A stretch of 64,000 bases of DNA from Bacteroidia bacterium (lineage in GTDB: Bacteria; Bacteroidota; Bacteroidia; SpSt-205), in the NCBI GenBank assembly GCA_039630325.1, contig JBCNVG010000013.1:48396-112395 (forward strand). The letters are read 5' to 3'. This document shows, one piece after another, positions 36,170 to 45,264 of this stretch; within the stretch, counting starts at the first letter, position 1, and every line of letters starts with the position of its first letter. A program made the translations under genes and the position numbers. Under the pieces are notes generated by a model, which was not told where the DNA came from, did not search any database, and saw only the letters and a program-made list of their open reading frames with translations.

Positions 36170-37279
36170 TCAATAGGTTCTTTTTTCTTTCGGAAGCTGA
36201 GCATTTAGGTTTTGACAAAGGGGACGACGCTCACGACCCCATTTTTCATATTCTGCACTGCCTAAACCCGCTGCAACGGCTCGCTTATACCACTCCTCGG
36301 CTTTGTCTACTTCGCAGAGCGCATCATACAGCACGGCAAGATTATAAGCGGCGCGTTTGGCAGGGGTCTTTTTACCAGAGTTCGCTTCCTGTTCCCATAT
36401 ACGGATAGCTTCATTCCAGTGGCGTCCAACAACGGCAGCCTTCGCTTGCTCCAGCGCAGGAGAGCCTTTCACAAAAAACCGCACCGTCATGTCTTCGTAA
36501 AATGGGAAGCAAGGACAGATGCGGTGGATATATTCCTCTACTGCGTAAGTATGGGCTTGGGAGGCAGCCCCTGAATAGCCATAATAACTACCCCGAGCAC
36601 TACCCGTAGTGGTAGCTTCATCTATTACCTTGCCTGTCTTAGGATCATACAGACGAAACCCAGCCAAAACCTCTGGTCTTTGAGGGGAGCCCCCAGGGAG
36701 CAGACTTTCTAAGACCAAAATGGCTTGAACATCAGGAACCTTCTTGTGAATCTTTTTGAGACTATCTAAGGGCAAGGGAGGCGGAAGGGAGCCTTCAGTG
36801 CTGCCGGCCCATTTGAGCTCTTGGCCCGCCATGAGAGGCTCGAAGCGCCCACAAGCTTTGAGTCGATCGTGAAGCTGCTGGAGGGCCAGTTGAGGCGCTC
36901 GCTCCAGCCACTTTTCATCTAATATGCCGGTCAACGCTCCACTCGTCGCCCCATAAGCTGCTCCTGTCACTCCTCCCGTAAGAGCCCCATATACAGCTCC
37001 CTGGGCTACCCCTCGGTTTTTGTATTCCTCCATGATGCGCTTGCGCTCAGCTTCAGGTATCGTGCTGCGATTGACCAAAGCAATCTTCTTGATATCCTTA
37101 GGAAGCTCTATCTCAGAAGGTCGCCACTCTCGAATACGCGCAGAATAGTACGGATTGCACCCCCCCATCATCCATATTAGTCCTACAAGGAATACCCGAG
37201 CCTTTCTACTTCTACTCAATCCAGACTTGATGCTATCAGTGGGATTAGCTATCGCTGAGACAGGTACATATGGTAACAT
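36170..37279 (-). CDS. Hypothetical lipoprotein with glycine-zipper segment and C-terminal TPR-like helices
   Basis: MMGGC lipobox-like site, a GAVYGALTGGVTGAAYGATSGALTG glycine zipper, and a C-terminal helical repeat (AAYNLAVLYDALCEVDKAEEWYKRAV). Confidence 0.45.
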   Translation of the reverse strand: MLPYVPVSAIANPTDSIKSGLSRSRKARVFLVGLIWMMGGCNPYYSARIREWRPSEIELPKDIKKIALVNRSTIPEAERKRIMEEYKNRGVAQGAVYGALTGGVTGAAYGATSGALTGILDEKWLERAPQLALQQLHDRLKACGRFEPLMAGQELKWAGSTEGSLPPPLPLDSLKKIHKKVPDVQAILVLESLLPGGSPQRPEVLAGFRLYDPKTGKVIDEATTTGSARGSYYGYSGAASQAHTYAVEEYIHRICPCFPFYEDMTVRFFVKGSPALEQAKAAVVGRHWNEAIRIWEQEANSGKKTPAKRAAYNLAVLYDALCEVDKAEEWYKRAVAAGLGSAEYEKWGRERRPLCQNLNAQLPKEKRTY

Positions 37280-37562
37280 ACCGTGGTCAAAGTTAGAAGG
37301 CTATGAAGGCCAATGATGCATGCATTTTGAATGCACTGTGAAGCTCAGGAAACAAACTACTTTATCACAATAAACTGTTTTTCAGCATTTTGCAATGAAA
37401 ACTTGTTGATTCAGTCATGGGCTAACCTACTCGCTAATTCCTGCGCTTATATCCAAATAGCTCAGCGTGCAGAGAAGAAGCTGGCTTTCAACCGTAGCCA
37501 GCTGGTATTTCTGCTATCAGGTCTGTAAGTCTGATTGCGATTCAGGCTGTTCTAAAAAGCAG

Positions 37563-37943
37563 TCAAAGAGAAGCGGAACGCTGCTCTTCTTTGTATTTAG
37601 ACGGGCATTTCATGAGAATTTTTTCTGCATAAAAGGCAGTATCCTGATAACGCCCTATCAGTACCACCCGCTGAGCTGCATCGAAGTTTATAGGCTTAGG
37701 ATCTGGGTAATGCACCCATCGTACCGTTCCGAGCGTATCTTTGGCTTGAAAGGAAAAGAGGTCCTTCTGGGGATCGTAGTAACTCTGCTCTCTATTTACC
37801 CATTCAGCGACAATATGGTAGGATTTGGAAGGGTTCTTTTCCGCAGTGCGAAAGTCTGAGTATATCGTAAGCTCATCTCCCAAACTCATGAGAAGGAAAA
37901 CGAGCACTCCAGCCACAGCGATGGCCCCTATCAGAAGCCGCAT
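37563..37943 (-). CDS. CcmE-like OB-fold protein (cytochrome c maturation heme chaperone family), CxxxY variant
   Basis: 126 aa with an N-terminal TM anchor, a soluble OB-like domain, and a C-terminal ...KILMKCPSKYKEE in which CPSKY takes the place of the canonical HxxxY heme-binding motif. Confidence 0.4.
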   Translation of the reverse strand: MRLLIGAIAVAGVLVFLLMSLGDELTIYSDFRTAEKNPSKSYHIVAEWVNREQSYYDPQKDLFSFQAKDTLGTVRWVHYPDPKPINFDAAQRVVLIGRYQDTAFYAEKILMKCPSKYKEEQRSASL

Positions 37944-37994
37944 GACGCGAAGTAAAACATTATTGAGGCTGAGTGTGTACCTTTGTTCAAAGTA

Positions 37995-38078
37995 GCCCAG
38001 ATGGCGGAACAGGTAGACGCGCCAGTCTCAAAAACTGGTGGAGGCAACTCCGTGCCGGTTCGAGTCCGGCTCTGGGCA
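37995..38078 (+). tRNA. tRNA-Leu (anticodon CAA)
   Basis: The sequence folds as a cloverleaf by hand. Acceptor GCCCAGA/TCTGGGC+A, anticodon stem CCAGT/ACTGG with loop CTCAAAA, a long variable arm, and a TTCGAGT T-loop. Confidence 0.85.
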
Positions 38079-38135
38079 CGAGCCCTCCGAGGACTAAAAA
38101 AAACTCTCGTCAGAGCCCTCCTACTAATAGGCATT

Positions 38136-41100
38136 TTGTGGGCTACTCTACTGGTAGGGATTTACCTCCTTCTCTCCACCGAGACGGGGCATAATATCAT
38201 TCGCCAGCAAGTCGTCCGCTCTATTTCAGAAGCGCTTGATACGGAAGTAGAAATACAGAGCCTTCGCCTCTCTGGGATAGCCAGTATTTCCATAGAGGGT
38301 TTTGTCCTCTACGATAAAGCCTGTCAGCCCTTCATCCGTGCGCCTGAGCTGCGAATAACTTGGTATCCATTCGCATTTTGGCAAGGTCTGTGGGTAGGAC
38401 GAAAGCGAATTCCATTTTCAGCCATAGAACTGATTAGGCCCCAAGTGTATATATACACTGAACGCGCTTCTAAGCTAACGAATGTAAATCGCTTATTCGC
38501 TACCTCCGATACTACCCCCTCTAAGCCGAGTGAGTGGAAAGTGAGCCTTCCCTCGGTGGAGCTCCACAATGGACAGTTCATATGGATAGATTCCACCCTA
38601 CCTGCCTTGGAACTCACCCCCAGGCCAGGTTTTCTGCGATACGGCCACCTGCGAATGGATTCAATATTTTTAGAAGCCAAAGTAGAATGGAGTGGAAAGG
38701 GTATCCTTTTTACCCACATAAAAAGCCTTCAGCTCATAGAATCCAACTCTGGTATGCCCCTTCACCAGCTTAGCCTTACCCTTCAAGCTTATCCAGACAG
38801 CGTCCGAATCCCGCATTTATTCATTCAGCTACCGAAGAGTAAGATAACAGGCAAGGGGTATTTCCCCTATGAAGGTTTAGACAAACTCTTCAAGAGCACC
38901 GAGACTAAGCTATTTTATGCCGAGCTTACTGGCCAAGTAGACTGGTCAGAGATAGCTGCTTTGGTGGGAAATTCTCTACCCTTACGGGGGGTGTGGGAAA
39001 CTCACATCCATCTCCATGGAGATCTATACCGATTTCACGCAGACAGCTTTTATGCTCGCATCTCCTCCCAAACTTTCCTAAGAGGAAGCGGGGAAATAAC
39101 CCGCTATGCTAAACCCAACCTGATGCGATGGAATGTTTTTACCATGGAAGCAGAATTCACATGGAATGATCTCGCTGCGTCTATTCCTGAAATTGGTCCT
39201 CCTTTACCCGATTGGCAGGGAAGTCATGTGTGGAAAATCCGAGGCAGTCATGAGGGACGGCTTGACTATTACACAGCCGATGTGTACAGCTTAGGCGCCC
39301 ACATTCAGGGTGCGCTTCGTAGGGACACGGCATGGAACTATGATCTGCATGCAGAATTCAATCATTGGCAGCTACCCCCTATCTTAGAAACGCCCATCAC
39401 GACGATTGCCAATGGCACCATCCATCTTCAGGGTACAGGATTCAGCTTAGAAAACCTCCAATCTGAACTCCGCTCTGATCTTACTCTCTTGGACACCGCG
39501 GGAAAAGCCTGGGCCGTACAAATCCAAGCTGACCTTCGAGAGGGCACGGCAGATGGAAAATTTTCTCTGCATACCCCCTATGGAAAACTTAACTATGCAG
39601 GACAACTGCCTCTAAGCGTCTCAGGGACCTATCAGGGCTCAGGTACTTTCGCTGACATTTCAGGCTCCTTATGGGGAGGCAAAGGCACCCTTAGTGGCAA
39701 CTTCAAGGTAGAAGGGAAAGACATACCATGGAAAAATGGAGCTGCCCAACTTTATCTCAAAGACTTGCTCTGGCAGCAAATAGACACTACCTACGAACTG
39801 GGAGCAGGCTCATTGTCTGTACGCAATGGCAATGCTTATGATCTCCAGGCAGAGGGGCTCTCCCTGTCAGCGAAAACAAATGGCGCTTGGCTCAAAGCGC
39901 TATCCCAATGGCTAAGCTATTGGATTCTGAACGATACGATCCACCTTGACTCCCTACCGTCCTCATGGGCGATCCAAGGCAACTTTCATCTAAGAAATCC
40001 AGCCTGGATAGCGGTCTTTGGACTGCCTCCTGAACTTCGCCTACACAACTTATCTGTCTCTATCGCTATACAAGCAGAGGCTACCTTCCCCGCAGGAGAG
40101 CTTCAGGCCACAATTGACAGCCTAAGGTACGCAGACTTGATATTCCACTCGCCCCATCTCTCAGCGCATCTGAGAGGAGATTCCCTAAATGTACAGTTTG
40201 GCTCAATTCATGGAAAGGCTTATCTTGAGTACAAAAGTCTGCACGGTAGCTTGACGGGGACATGGCGCAAGGGTAGTCTTACTATCGGTACTCACTTCCA
40301 TGAATGGAATGACTCAGCAAGACTGGCGTTGGAATGGGATTACTCCCCTCCCATGCTCAGCGTACAGCTAAATAAAGAAGCCTCTGCCTTGATGCTTGGA
40401 GGGTACCCTTGGCAATTTATTGAAGCATTTCCTCTACTCTTCAATACCGAAAATGGAGAATGGGAGCTCAAAAGCCTACGATTAGAAGGACTCCAAGCCC
40501 AAGTAAACCTTTATCGTTTAGAGCGACGGTTATTTTTAAACATATCACGATTTCCCTTATCAGTAGGTGGAGAACTTCTGGGACTAAAGGCTTCCATCGG
40601 AGGGGACCTTTCCCTTCTCTGGGAAGCCTACGAAAGAGGTGCACGATTTGCCCTGGAGATAGACTCGCTTCAGTATGAGCAGCAGCAGTATCCACACATT
40701 CAAGTGGTAGGCGTGCCTTCAAACGATTCCATTCCCTTTCAACTTTTTATACGTGATGAGAATAGCACGTGGATGACAGGGCAAGGCATTTACAAGCTGA
40801 ACGATACTGTATCCCCAATATACGCAGAGCTCCGTTCTATACGAATACCTGTGCGTTGGTTTGATCCTTTCATAGGAGAGTACATTCAAAATATCAAAGG
40901 CACTTTACTTTCTCAGCGGCTCATTCTACAAGGGAAGCCCAATAGTCCCAATATCTACGGTGAGCTTTTTTGCAATAATGTCAGTTTCTACCTGCCTATC
41001 ACAAGAGTAAGCTACACGGTGGAGGGAGTGCTTCGTTTACGAAAAGATACGATATTTTTTCCGAATGTAGAGCTGCGTGAAGCTCAGGGTAAACGAAGTT

Positions 41101-42413
41101 ACATCAACGGTACCATCAACTTGCGCAGCTGGCAATCACCCTATTTAGAGCTTACGCTTCGACTTAAGGACAGGCCGTTTCTCATGGCTGCCTCTTCAGC
41201 AACAACCGATGCCTATTTATATGGCCGCGCTGAGTTGGAAAACGGCTATCTCTCCATCACAGGCCCTTGGAACAAACCTTTCCTTCGGGGGGAGATTACA
41301 TTTTCCGGTAGTACTGAACTTACCCTCCCTTTACGCACCTATGAGAGAAATATAGGAGCCGAACATGTGCGATTTGTAGCCTCTAAAGATACTACAGACA
41401 CTACCCTCATTCCCCCATCTCCCACAGCGCCATCAGGTTTAGATATCCGAGTAGCCATTCGATCAGTCCCAGAAGCTAAGTTTAGATTGCTCTTTGACGA
41501 ACGAACGGGTGATGAAATTATAGCTCGAGGGGCATCCAATTTGCTATTCTCCATCGATCGAATGGGCCAAATAAGCCTATCAGGGGCTTATGAAATTCAA
41601 GATGGGGAGTACCGAATCAACCTGCAAGGCATCGTTTCTAAACGGCTGCAACTGGAACCCGGGAGCCGAATAAGCTGGGATGGCGACCTCTACCAAGGCC
41701 AAATGAATATCACAGCCACCTATCGAACCTTCTCCTCTCTGCGAATGATCGATACTACTTTTACTCAGACTATTCCAGTAGAGCTGAGAGTAATTTTGAG
41801 GGGTAGTTTACTCTCTCCAGTGATGAACTTTCAGATTGATATACCCTCACTCTCTGGCACGCCCACCCCTATGGTGAATCTTTTTCTCCAAAGGTTAGCT
41901 ACGGACGAGCAGGAGCGTAACCGCCAAGTCTTCGCCCTACTTGTCCTGGGGACTTTCGTACCATTAGAACAAGGTTTTGGTTCTCAGCAGGTAAGGTCAG
42001 GGGTAAGCTCTACTTTGGCTGAGTTTATTTCTGCTCAACTTGCTAGCTGGGTTGGGCAAATGTTGGGAAGCCAAGTAGGAGTAGCATTTGCTCTTGGGGA
42101 GTGGAATGAGCTATCCGCCCAGCTGCGCATCTCCCTGGGTCAGCGCCTCACGATAGAAAGAGATGGCGTGCTGATTTCTCCTGGCCAAAGTGCCGCCAAC
42201 ATAGGTAATCTTTCCGCCCGCTATCGCCTAATACCTAAGAGAGTCACCCAACCCACCCAGTGGCAGCTGGAAGCCGAGGGATTCAGCCGACAAAGCTTTA
42301 TGTGGGGAGCAGCGGGAGCTACCAGCCAAGGGGCCGGACTGCGTCTGCGAAAAAGCTTCTATCTACCTCCTCGCCGGCAGAACCGAATAGGCCAAGAAGA
42401 AAAGAGAAAATAA
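38136..42413 (+). CDS. TamB/AsmA-like translocation-and-assembly module protein (DUF490 C-terminus)
   Basis: About 1450 aa, beta-rich, with an N-terminal signal-anchor helix (LIGILWATLLVGIYLLLS) and a C-terminal DUF490-like region. The start is uncertain. The track ORF begins at a TTG inside the tRNA. The candidate starts are a GTG at 38052 (inside the tRNA) or the TTG at 38136. An A8 run lies at 38096-38103. Confidence 0.6.
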   Translation: MWATLLVGIYLLLSTETGHNIIRQQVVRSISEALDTEVEIQSLRLSGIASISIEGFVLYDKACQPFIRAPELRITWYPFAFWQGLWVGRKRIPFSAIELIRPQVYIYTERASKLTNVNRLFATSDTTPSKPSEWKVSLPSVELHNGQFIWIDSTLPALELTPRPGFLRYGHLRMDSIFLEAKVEWSGKGILFTHIKSLQLIESNSGMPLHQLSLTLQAYPDSVRIPHLFIQLPKSKITGKGYFPYEGLDKLFKSTETKLFYAELTGQVDWSEIAALVGNSLPLRGVWETHIHLHGDLYRFHADSFYARISSQTFLRGSGEITRYAKPNLMRWNVFTMEAEFTWNDLAASIPEIGPPLPDWQGSHVWKIRGSHEGRLDYYTADVYSLGAHIQGALRRDTAWNYDLHAEFNHWQLPPILETPITTIANGTIHLQGTGFSLENLQSELRSDLTLLDTAGKAWAVQIQADLREGTADGKFSLHTPYGKLNYAGQLPLSVSGTYQGSGTFADISGSLWGGKGTLSGNFKVEGKDIPWKNGAAQLYLKDLLWQQIDTTYELGAGSLSVRNGNAYDLQAEGLSLSAKTNGAWLKALSQWLSYWILNDTIHLDSLPSSWAIQGNFHLRNPAWIAVFGLPPELRLHNLSVSIAIQAEATFPAGELQATIDSLRYADLIFHSPHLSAHLRGDSLNVQFGSIHGKAYLEYKSLHGSLTGTWRKGSLTIGTHFHEWNDSARLALEWDYSPPMLSVQLNKEASALMLGGYPWQFIEAFPLLFNTENGEWELKSLRLEGLQAQVNLYRLERRLFLNISRFPLSVGGELLGLKASIGGDLSLLWEAYERGARFALEIDSLQYEQQQYPHIQVVGVPSNDSIPFQLFIRDENSTWMTGQGIYKLNDTVSPIYAELRSIRIPVRWFDPFIGEYIQNIKGTLLSQRLILQGKPNSPNIYGELFCNNVSFYLPITRVSYTVEGVLRLRKDTIFFPNVELREAQGKRSYINGTINLRSWQSPYLELTLRLKDRPFLMAASSATTDAYLYGRAELENGYLSITGPWNKPFLRGEITFSGSTELTLPLRTYERNIGAEHVRFVASKDTTDTTLIPPSPTAPSGLDIRVAIRSVPEAKFRLLFDERTGDEIIARGASNLLFSIDRMGQISLSGAYEIQDGEYRINLQGIVSKRLQLEPGSRISWDGDLYQGQMNITATYRTFSSLRMIDTTFTQTIPVELRVILRGSLLSPVMNFQIDIPSLSGTPTPMVNLFLQRLATDEQERNRQVFALLVLGTFVPLEQGFGSQQVRSGVSSTLAEFISAQLASWVGQMLGSQVGVAFALGEWNELSAQLRISLGQRLTIERDGVLISPGQSAANIGNLSARYRLIPKRVTQPTQWQLEAEGFSRQSFMWGAAGATSQGAGLRLRKSFYLPPRRQNRIGQEEKRK

Positions 42414-42526
42414 CTACAGATAGGGGAGCTCAAACTTGATAGGCGGGCTTGAAGCATTGATGAGTATGAGACTGGTAGTTTTTTAGGCACTTATTTCATA
42501 GGATAAAAGCAGAAGGACGAGTTTAT

Positions 42527-43336
42527 TCAGCTCCTATGCCTTATTTTCTCTATTGCGGCACGCAGACTTTGCGTTTCTCGGAGAAGGGTTTCGGCCTCTG
42601 CCTCAGGGAGCTGAGCCGCTTCACAGAGATAGCGAATAGCTCGCTGCCAGAGCTTTTTATTCACCAGTTGAAGGTCTATCATGCGCCCGCCCCGCACGCG
42701 TCCCAAGCGAGCAAAGGCACTCGTGGTTATCATATTCAAAACAAGCTTGGTAGCGGTACCAGCTTTGAGCCGAGTACTCCCCGTGAGTACCTCAGGGCCA
42801 GTAAGCACCACAATCGGATACTCCACTAAGGCCTCTAATGGCGTATCTGGATTAGCAGTAAATCCGCCGGTGAGAGCACCAATTTGACGAGCATAGTGCA
42901 GCGCAGCTAATACATATGGCGTTCGGCCACTGGCGCTGATACCAAAAACAGCGTCCTTTTCCTTGAGGTTCAACTCTCCGAGGTCTTTTTCTGCGGCGGA
43001 TTCATCATCTTCGGCAGCTTCTACGGGTCGCCGCAAGGCTGGTTCTCCCCCAGCTATTAGTCCGATTACCTGCGTCGTTCCGAATGTAGGAAGGCACTCC
43101 GCAGCATCTAAGACGCCGAGCCGGCCACTTGTCCCTGCCCCTACATAAATCAAACGCCCTCCGGCGCTGAGCTTAGGAATAAGCGCTTCTACAAAGGCTG
43201 CTATTTGAGGTAGTGCTTTCCCGACAGCCTCCACCGCTTTTTTATCCTCCGCATGCATTACCTCTAAAAGCGCCAAAGTCTCCCACTCCTCTATCGCCCC
43301 ATATCCAGCATCTTCTTCGGTGAGCCAGCGGCTCAT
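42527..43336 (-). CDS. murQ: N-acetylmuramic acid 6-phosphate etherase
   Basis: SIS domain (LIYVGAGTSGRLGVLDAAECLPTFG), length and termini typical of MurQ. Confidence 0.85.
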   Translation of the reverse strand: MSRWLTEEDAGYGAIEEWETLALLEVMHAEDKKAVEAVGKALPQIAAFVEALIPKLSAGGRLIYVGAGTSGRLGVLDAAECLPTFGTTQVIGLIAGGEPALRRPVEAAEDDESAAEKDLGELNLKEKDAVFGISASGRTPYVLAALHYARQIGALTGGFTANPDTPLEALVEYPIVVLTGPEVLTGSTRLKAGTATKLVLNMITTSAFARLGRVRGGRMIDLQLVNKKLWQRAIRYLCEAAQLPEAEAETLLRETQSLRAAIEKIRHRS

Positions 43337-45195
43337 ACCGGGCTTCGTTCGTATGAGCGGCTGACCAGTTTGCCTTCGTAGAACTGCATAAAGGAAAGGT
43401 TCACCAGCCGATAGCCGCCTGGCGTCGGATAGTTGCCGGTGAAATACCAGTCTCCCCGATGATTAGGCAAAGCTTTCGCTAAATTTTCAACAGGCTGATA
43501 GACAATCGTCAGAGGGATATCCATTTCCACTGGCCGAACTAACTCTGCGACTTTGGCGGCTATTTGCGCCTCAGTGAAGGGGGCATATAAAGCTTTGACG
43601 AAATTATTACGCGAAAACTCTTCTGTCCCATAGCTACGCTGGCACAGCGCATAGGTATGGTCTATGACTTCCGTCATGTTGTATTCTTTGAGAAGGGCAA
43701 TCGCTGCTTGAAATGCTATGAGATCGTGAAGAGAAGCCATGTCTATCCCGTAAAAGTCTGGATACCGAATCTGTGGAGCTGAAGAAGCAATAATTAGACG
43801 AGCAGGTCGTAGGTGGCCCAAGGTGCGCAACAAAGTCTCGCGCAGGGTTGTACCTCGTACGATGGAGTCATCCAAACAGACCAGCGTATCTTTCCCAGGT
43901 TGGACGATATTGTAGATCACATCGTAAGTGCGTCGAGACATCTCTCGGCGTAGCTCAGGTGAGGAAATGAAAGTCCGGCTCTGGGTGTCTTTCCACACGA
44001 GGTATTCAGCTCGGATACGTTGTTGAAGAAGGGCGCGCAGTTCTTCTTCTGACAGTTTTTGAGATTGGATTTGACGGAACTGCCTCAGGATGAGAATGTT
44101 TTCCAGCTCTTTGAGCAGTCCCCAGAAGGCTGCCTGAGAGGTATTGGGGATGTAAGTGAATATGGTGCGTTCGAAGTTGTAATCTAGCTGTCGAGCGATT
44201 TCATGGGCCAGGAGGGCACCCAGCGTCTTGCGCTCCGTATAGATATGGGGAGAGTTGCCACGAGAGAAATAAATACGCTCGAAGCTACAACGAGCTGGCT
44301 TAGGCGCTGGCGTAGTGAAAGGTTCGATGCGCCACTGCCCCTCTGGCGACACAATCAAGGCATGACCAGGGGGAAGCTCTTGAACCTTCTCGGGCGGCGT
44401 CTCAAAGACATTATGCAAGGCGGCTGCCTCGGAGGCCACAGCCAGTGCCTCCTCAGTCGCCAAGTAATACGCCGGACGAATCCCTAAAGGATCCCGCATG
44501 ACAAATCCCCATCCATTCCCGATCCACCCTGCAATCACATACCCGCCATCCCATCGACGAGCACTCCGACCAAGCCACTCTGGAATCGATAGATGAGTAC
44601 GGATATAATCACTGGCTTCTCGTTTAGAAAGCCCCTGGGCTTTGGCTTGCTGATAGGTCGCCTCTACATATTCATCCAGAAAATGGCCCATCCGTTCGAG
44701 CATAGTATAAGTGTCACCATGATGGAGTGGATGCTGCCCCATCTCAGTCAACCGATCAAAAAGCTCTTGGGTATTAGTGAGGTTAAAGTTGCCTGCAATA
44801 GCTAAACTGCGACTGGGCCAGCTATTAAGGCGAAGCACTGGATGCGTATCCTCTAAGCCGTATCCACTAAATGTACCATAGCGTAGATGAGCCAAATACC
44901 CTTCTCCGATGTACGGAAACTCATACGTAGGGGCTTGATGCTTTTGCCAAGCATCCCATTCAGCCCAAATTTCTTCCAAGAGAAACTTCCAGGGAGGGAC
45001 TGGTCGAACGCGTTTTTTCACATAAAAGTACGGCTTGCCTGGCGCCACATGCGCTTTATAACATAGTAAGCCCGCGCCATCTTGGCCTCGGTTGCGCTGC
45101 TTCTGCATGAGTAGCCCCACCTTTTGAAGCCCCCAGACGGGGGTGGGATACGCCTCAATCGGACGAAGTAGCCGCAACCACACAACTCCACACAT
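43333..45195 (-). CDS. purF: Amidophosphoribosyltransferase-like class-II (Ntn) glutamine amidotransferase, long Bacteroidota type
   Basis: Catalytic N-terminal Cys after the internal start MCGVVWL. C-terminal PRTase motif VCLDDSIVRGTTLRE. The track ORF carries an upstream extension to 45387. Confidence 0.7.
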   Translation of the reverse strand: MCGVVWLRLLRPIEAYPTPVWGLQKVGLLMQKQRNRGQDGAGLLCYKAHVAPGKPYFYVKKRVRPVPPWKFLLEEIWAEWDAWQKHQAPTYEFPYIGEGYLAHLRYGTFSGYGLEDTHPVLRLNSWPSRSLAIAGNFNLTNTQELFDRLTEMGQHPLHHGDTYTMLERMGHFLDEYVEATYQQAKAQGLSKREASDYIRTHLSIPEWLGRSARRWDGGYVIAGWIGNGWGFVMRDPLGIRPAYYLATEEALAVASEAAALHNVFETPPEKVQELPPGHALIVSPEGQWRIEPFTTPAPKPARCSFERIYFSRGNSPHIYTERKTLGALLAHEIARQLDYNFERTIFTYIPNTSQAAFWGLLKELENILILRQFRQIQSQKLSEEELRALLQQRIRAEYLVWKDTQSRTFISSPELRREMSRRTYDVIYNIVQPGKDTLVCLDDSIVRGTTLRETLLRTLGHLRPARLIIASSAPQIRYPDFYGIDMASLHDLIAFQAAIALLKEYNMTEVIDHTYALCQRSYGTEEFSRNNFVKALYAPFTEAQIAAKVAELVRPVEMDIPLTIVYQPVENLAKALPNHRGDWYFTGNYPTPGGYRLVNLSFMQFYEGKLVSRSYERSPV

Positions 45196-45264
45196 GAAGC
45201 AAAGATAGAAAGGAGTGCATCGTCGCTTCGGATTTTGGAGCGCTATAGCCATTGAGAAAGTCCG

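Noticed and set aside
37470-37510. Imperfect hairpin agctggct-ttcaaccgt-agccagct in the 280-bp spacer upstream of tRNA-Leu
   Set aside because: The stem is short at 8 bp and neither strand has a convincing U-tract after it. It is too weak to call a terminator.
37973-38194. 73-aa ORF and the first about 30 codons of the 37983 ORF
   Set aside because: Both are alternative-frame or in-frame read-throughs of the tRNA-Leu gene and the TamB-like N-terminus, not independent genes.
37944-38200. tRNA-Leu as an integration hotspot or genomic-island boundary
   Set aside because: No integrase, transposase or direct repeat of the tRNA 3' end is visible in the flanking 5 kb. The adjacent lipoprotein island is suggestive only.
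42414-42526. T-run (ctggtagtttttt) between the convergent TamB-like and murQ genes as a terminator
   Set aside because: I could find no stable GC-rich stem immediately upstream of the T-run.
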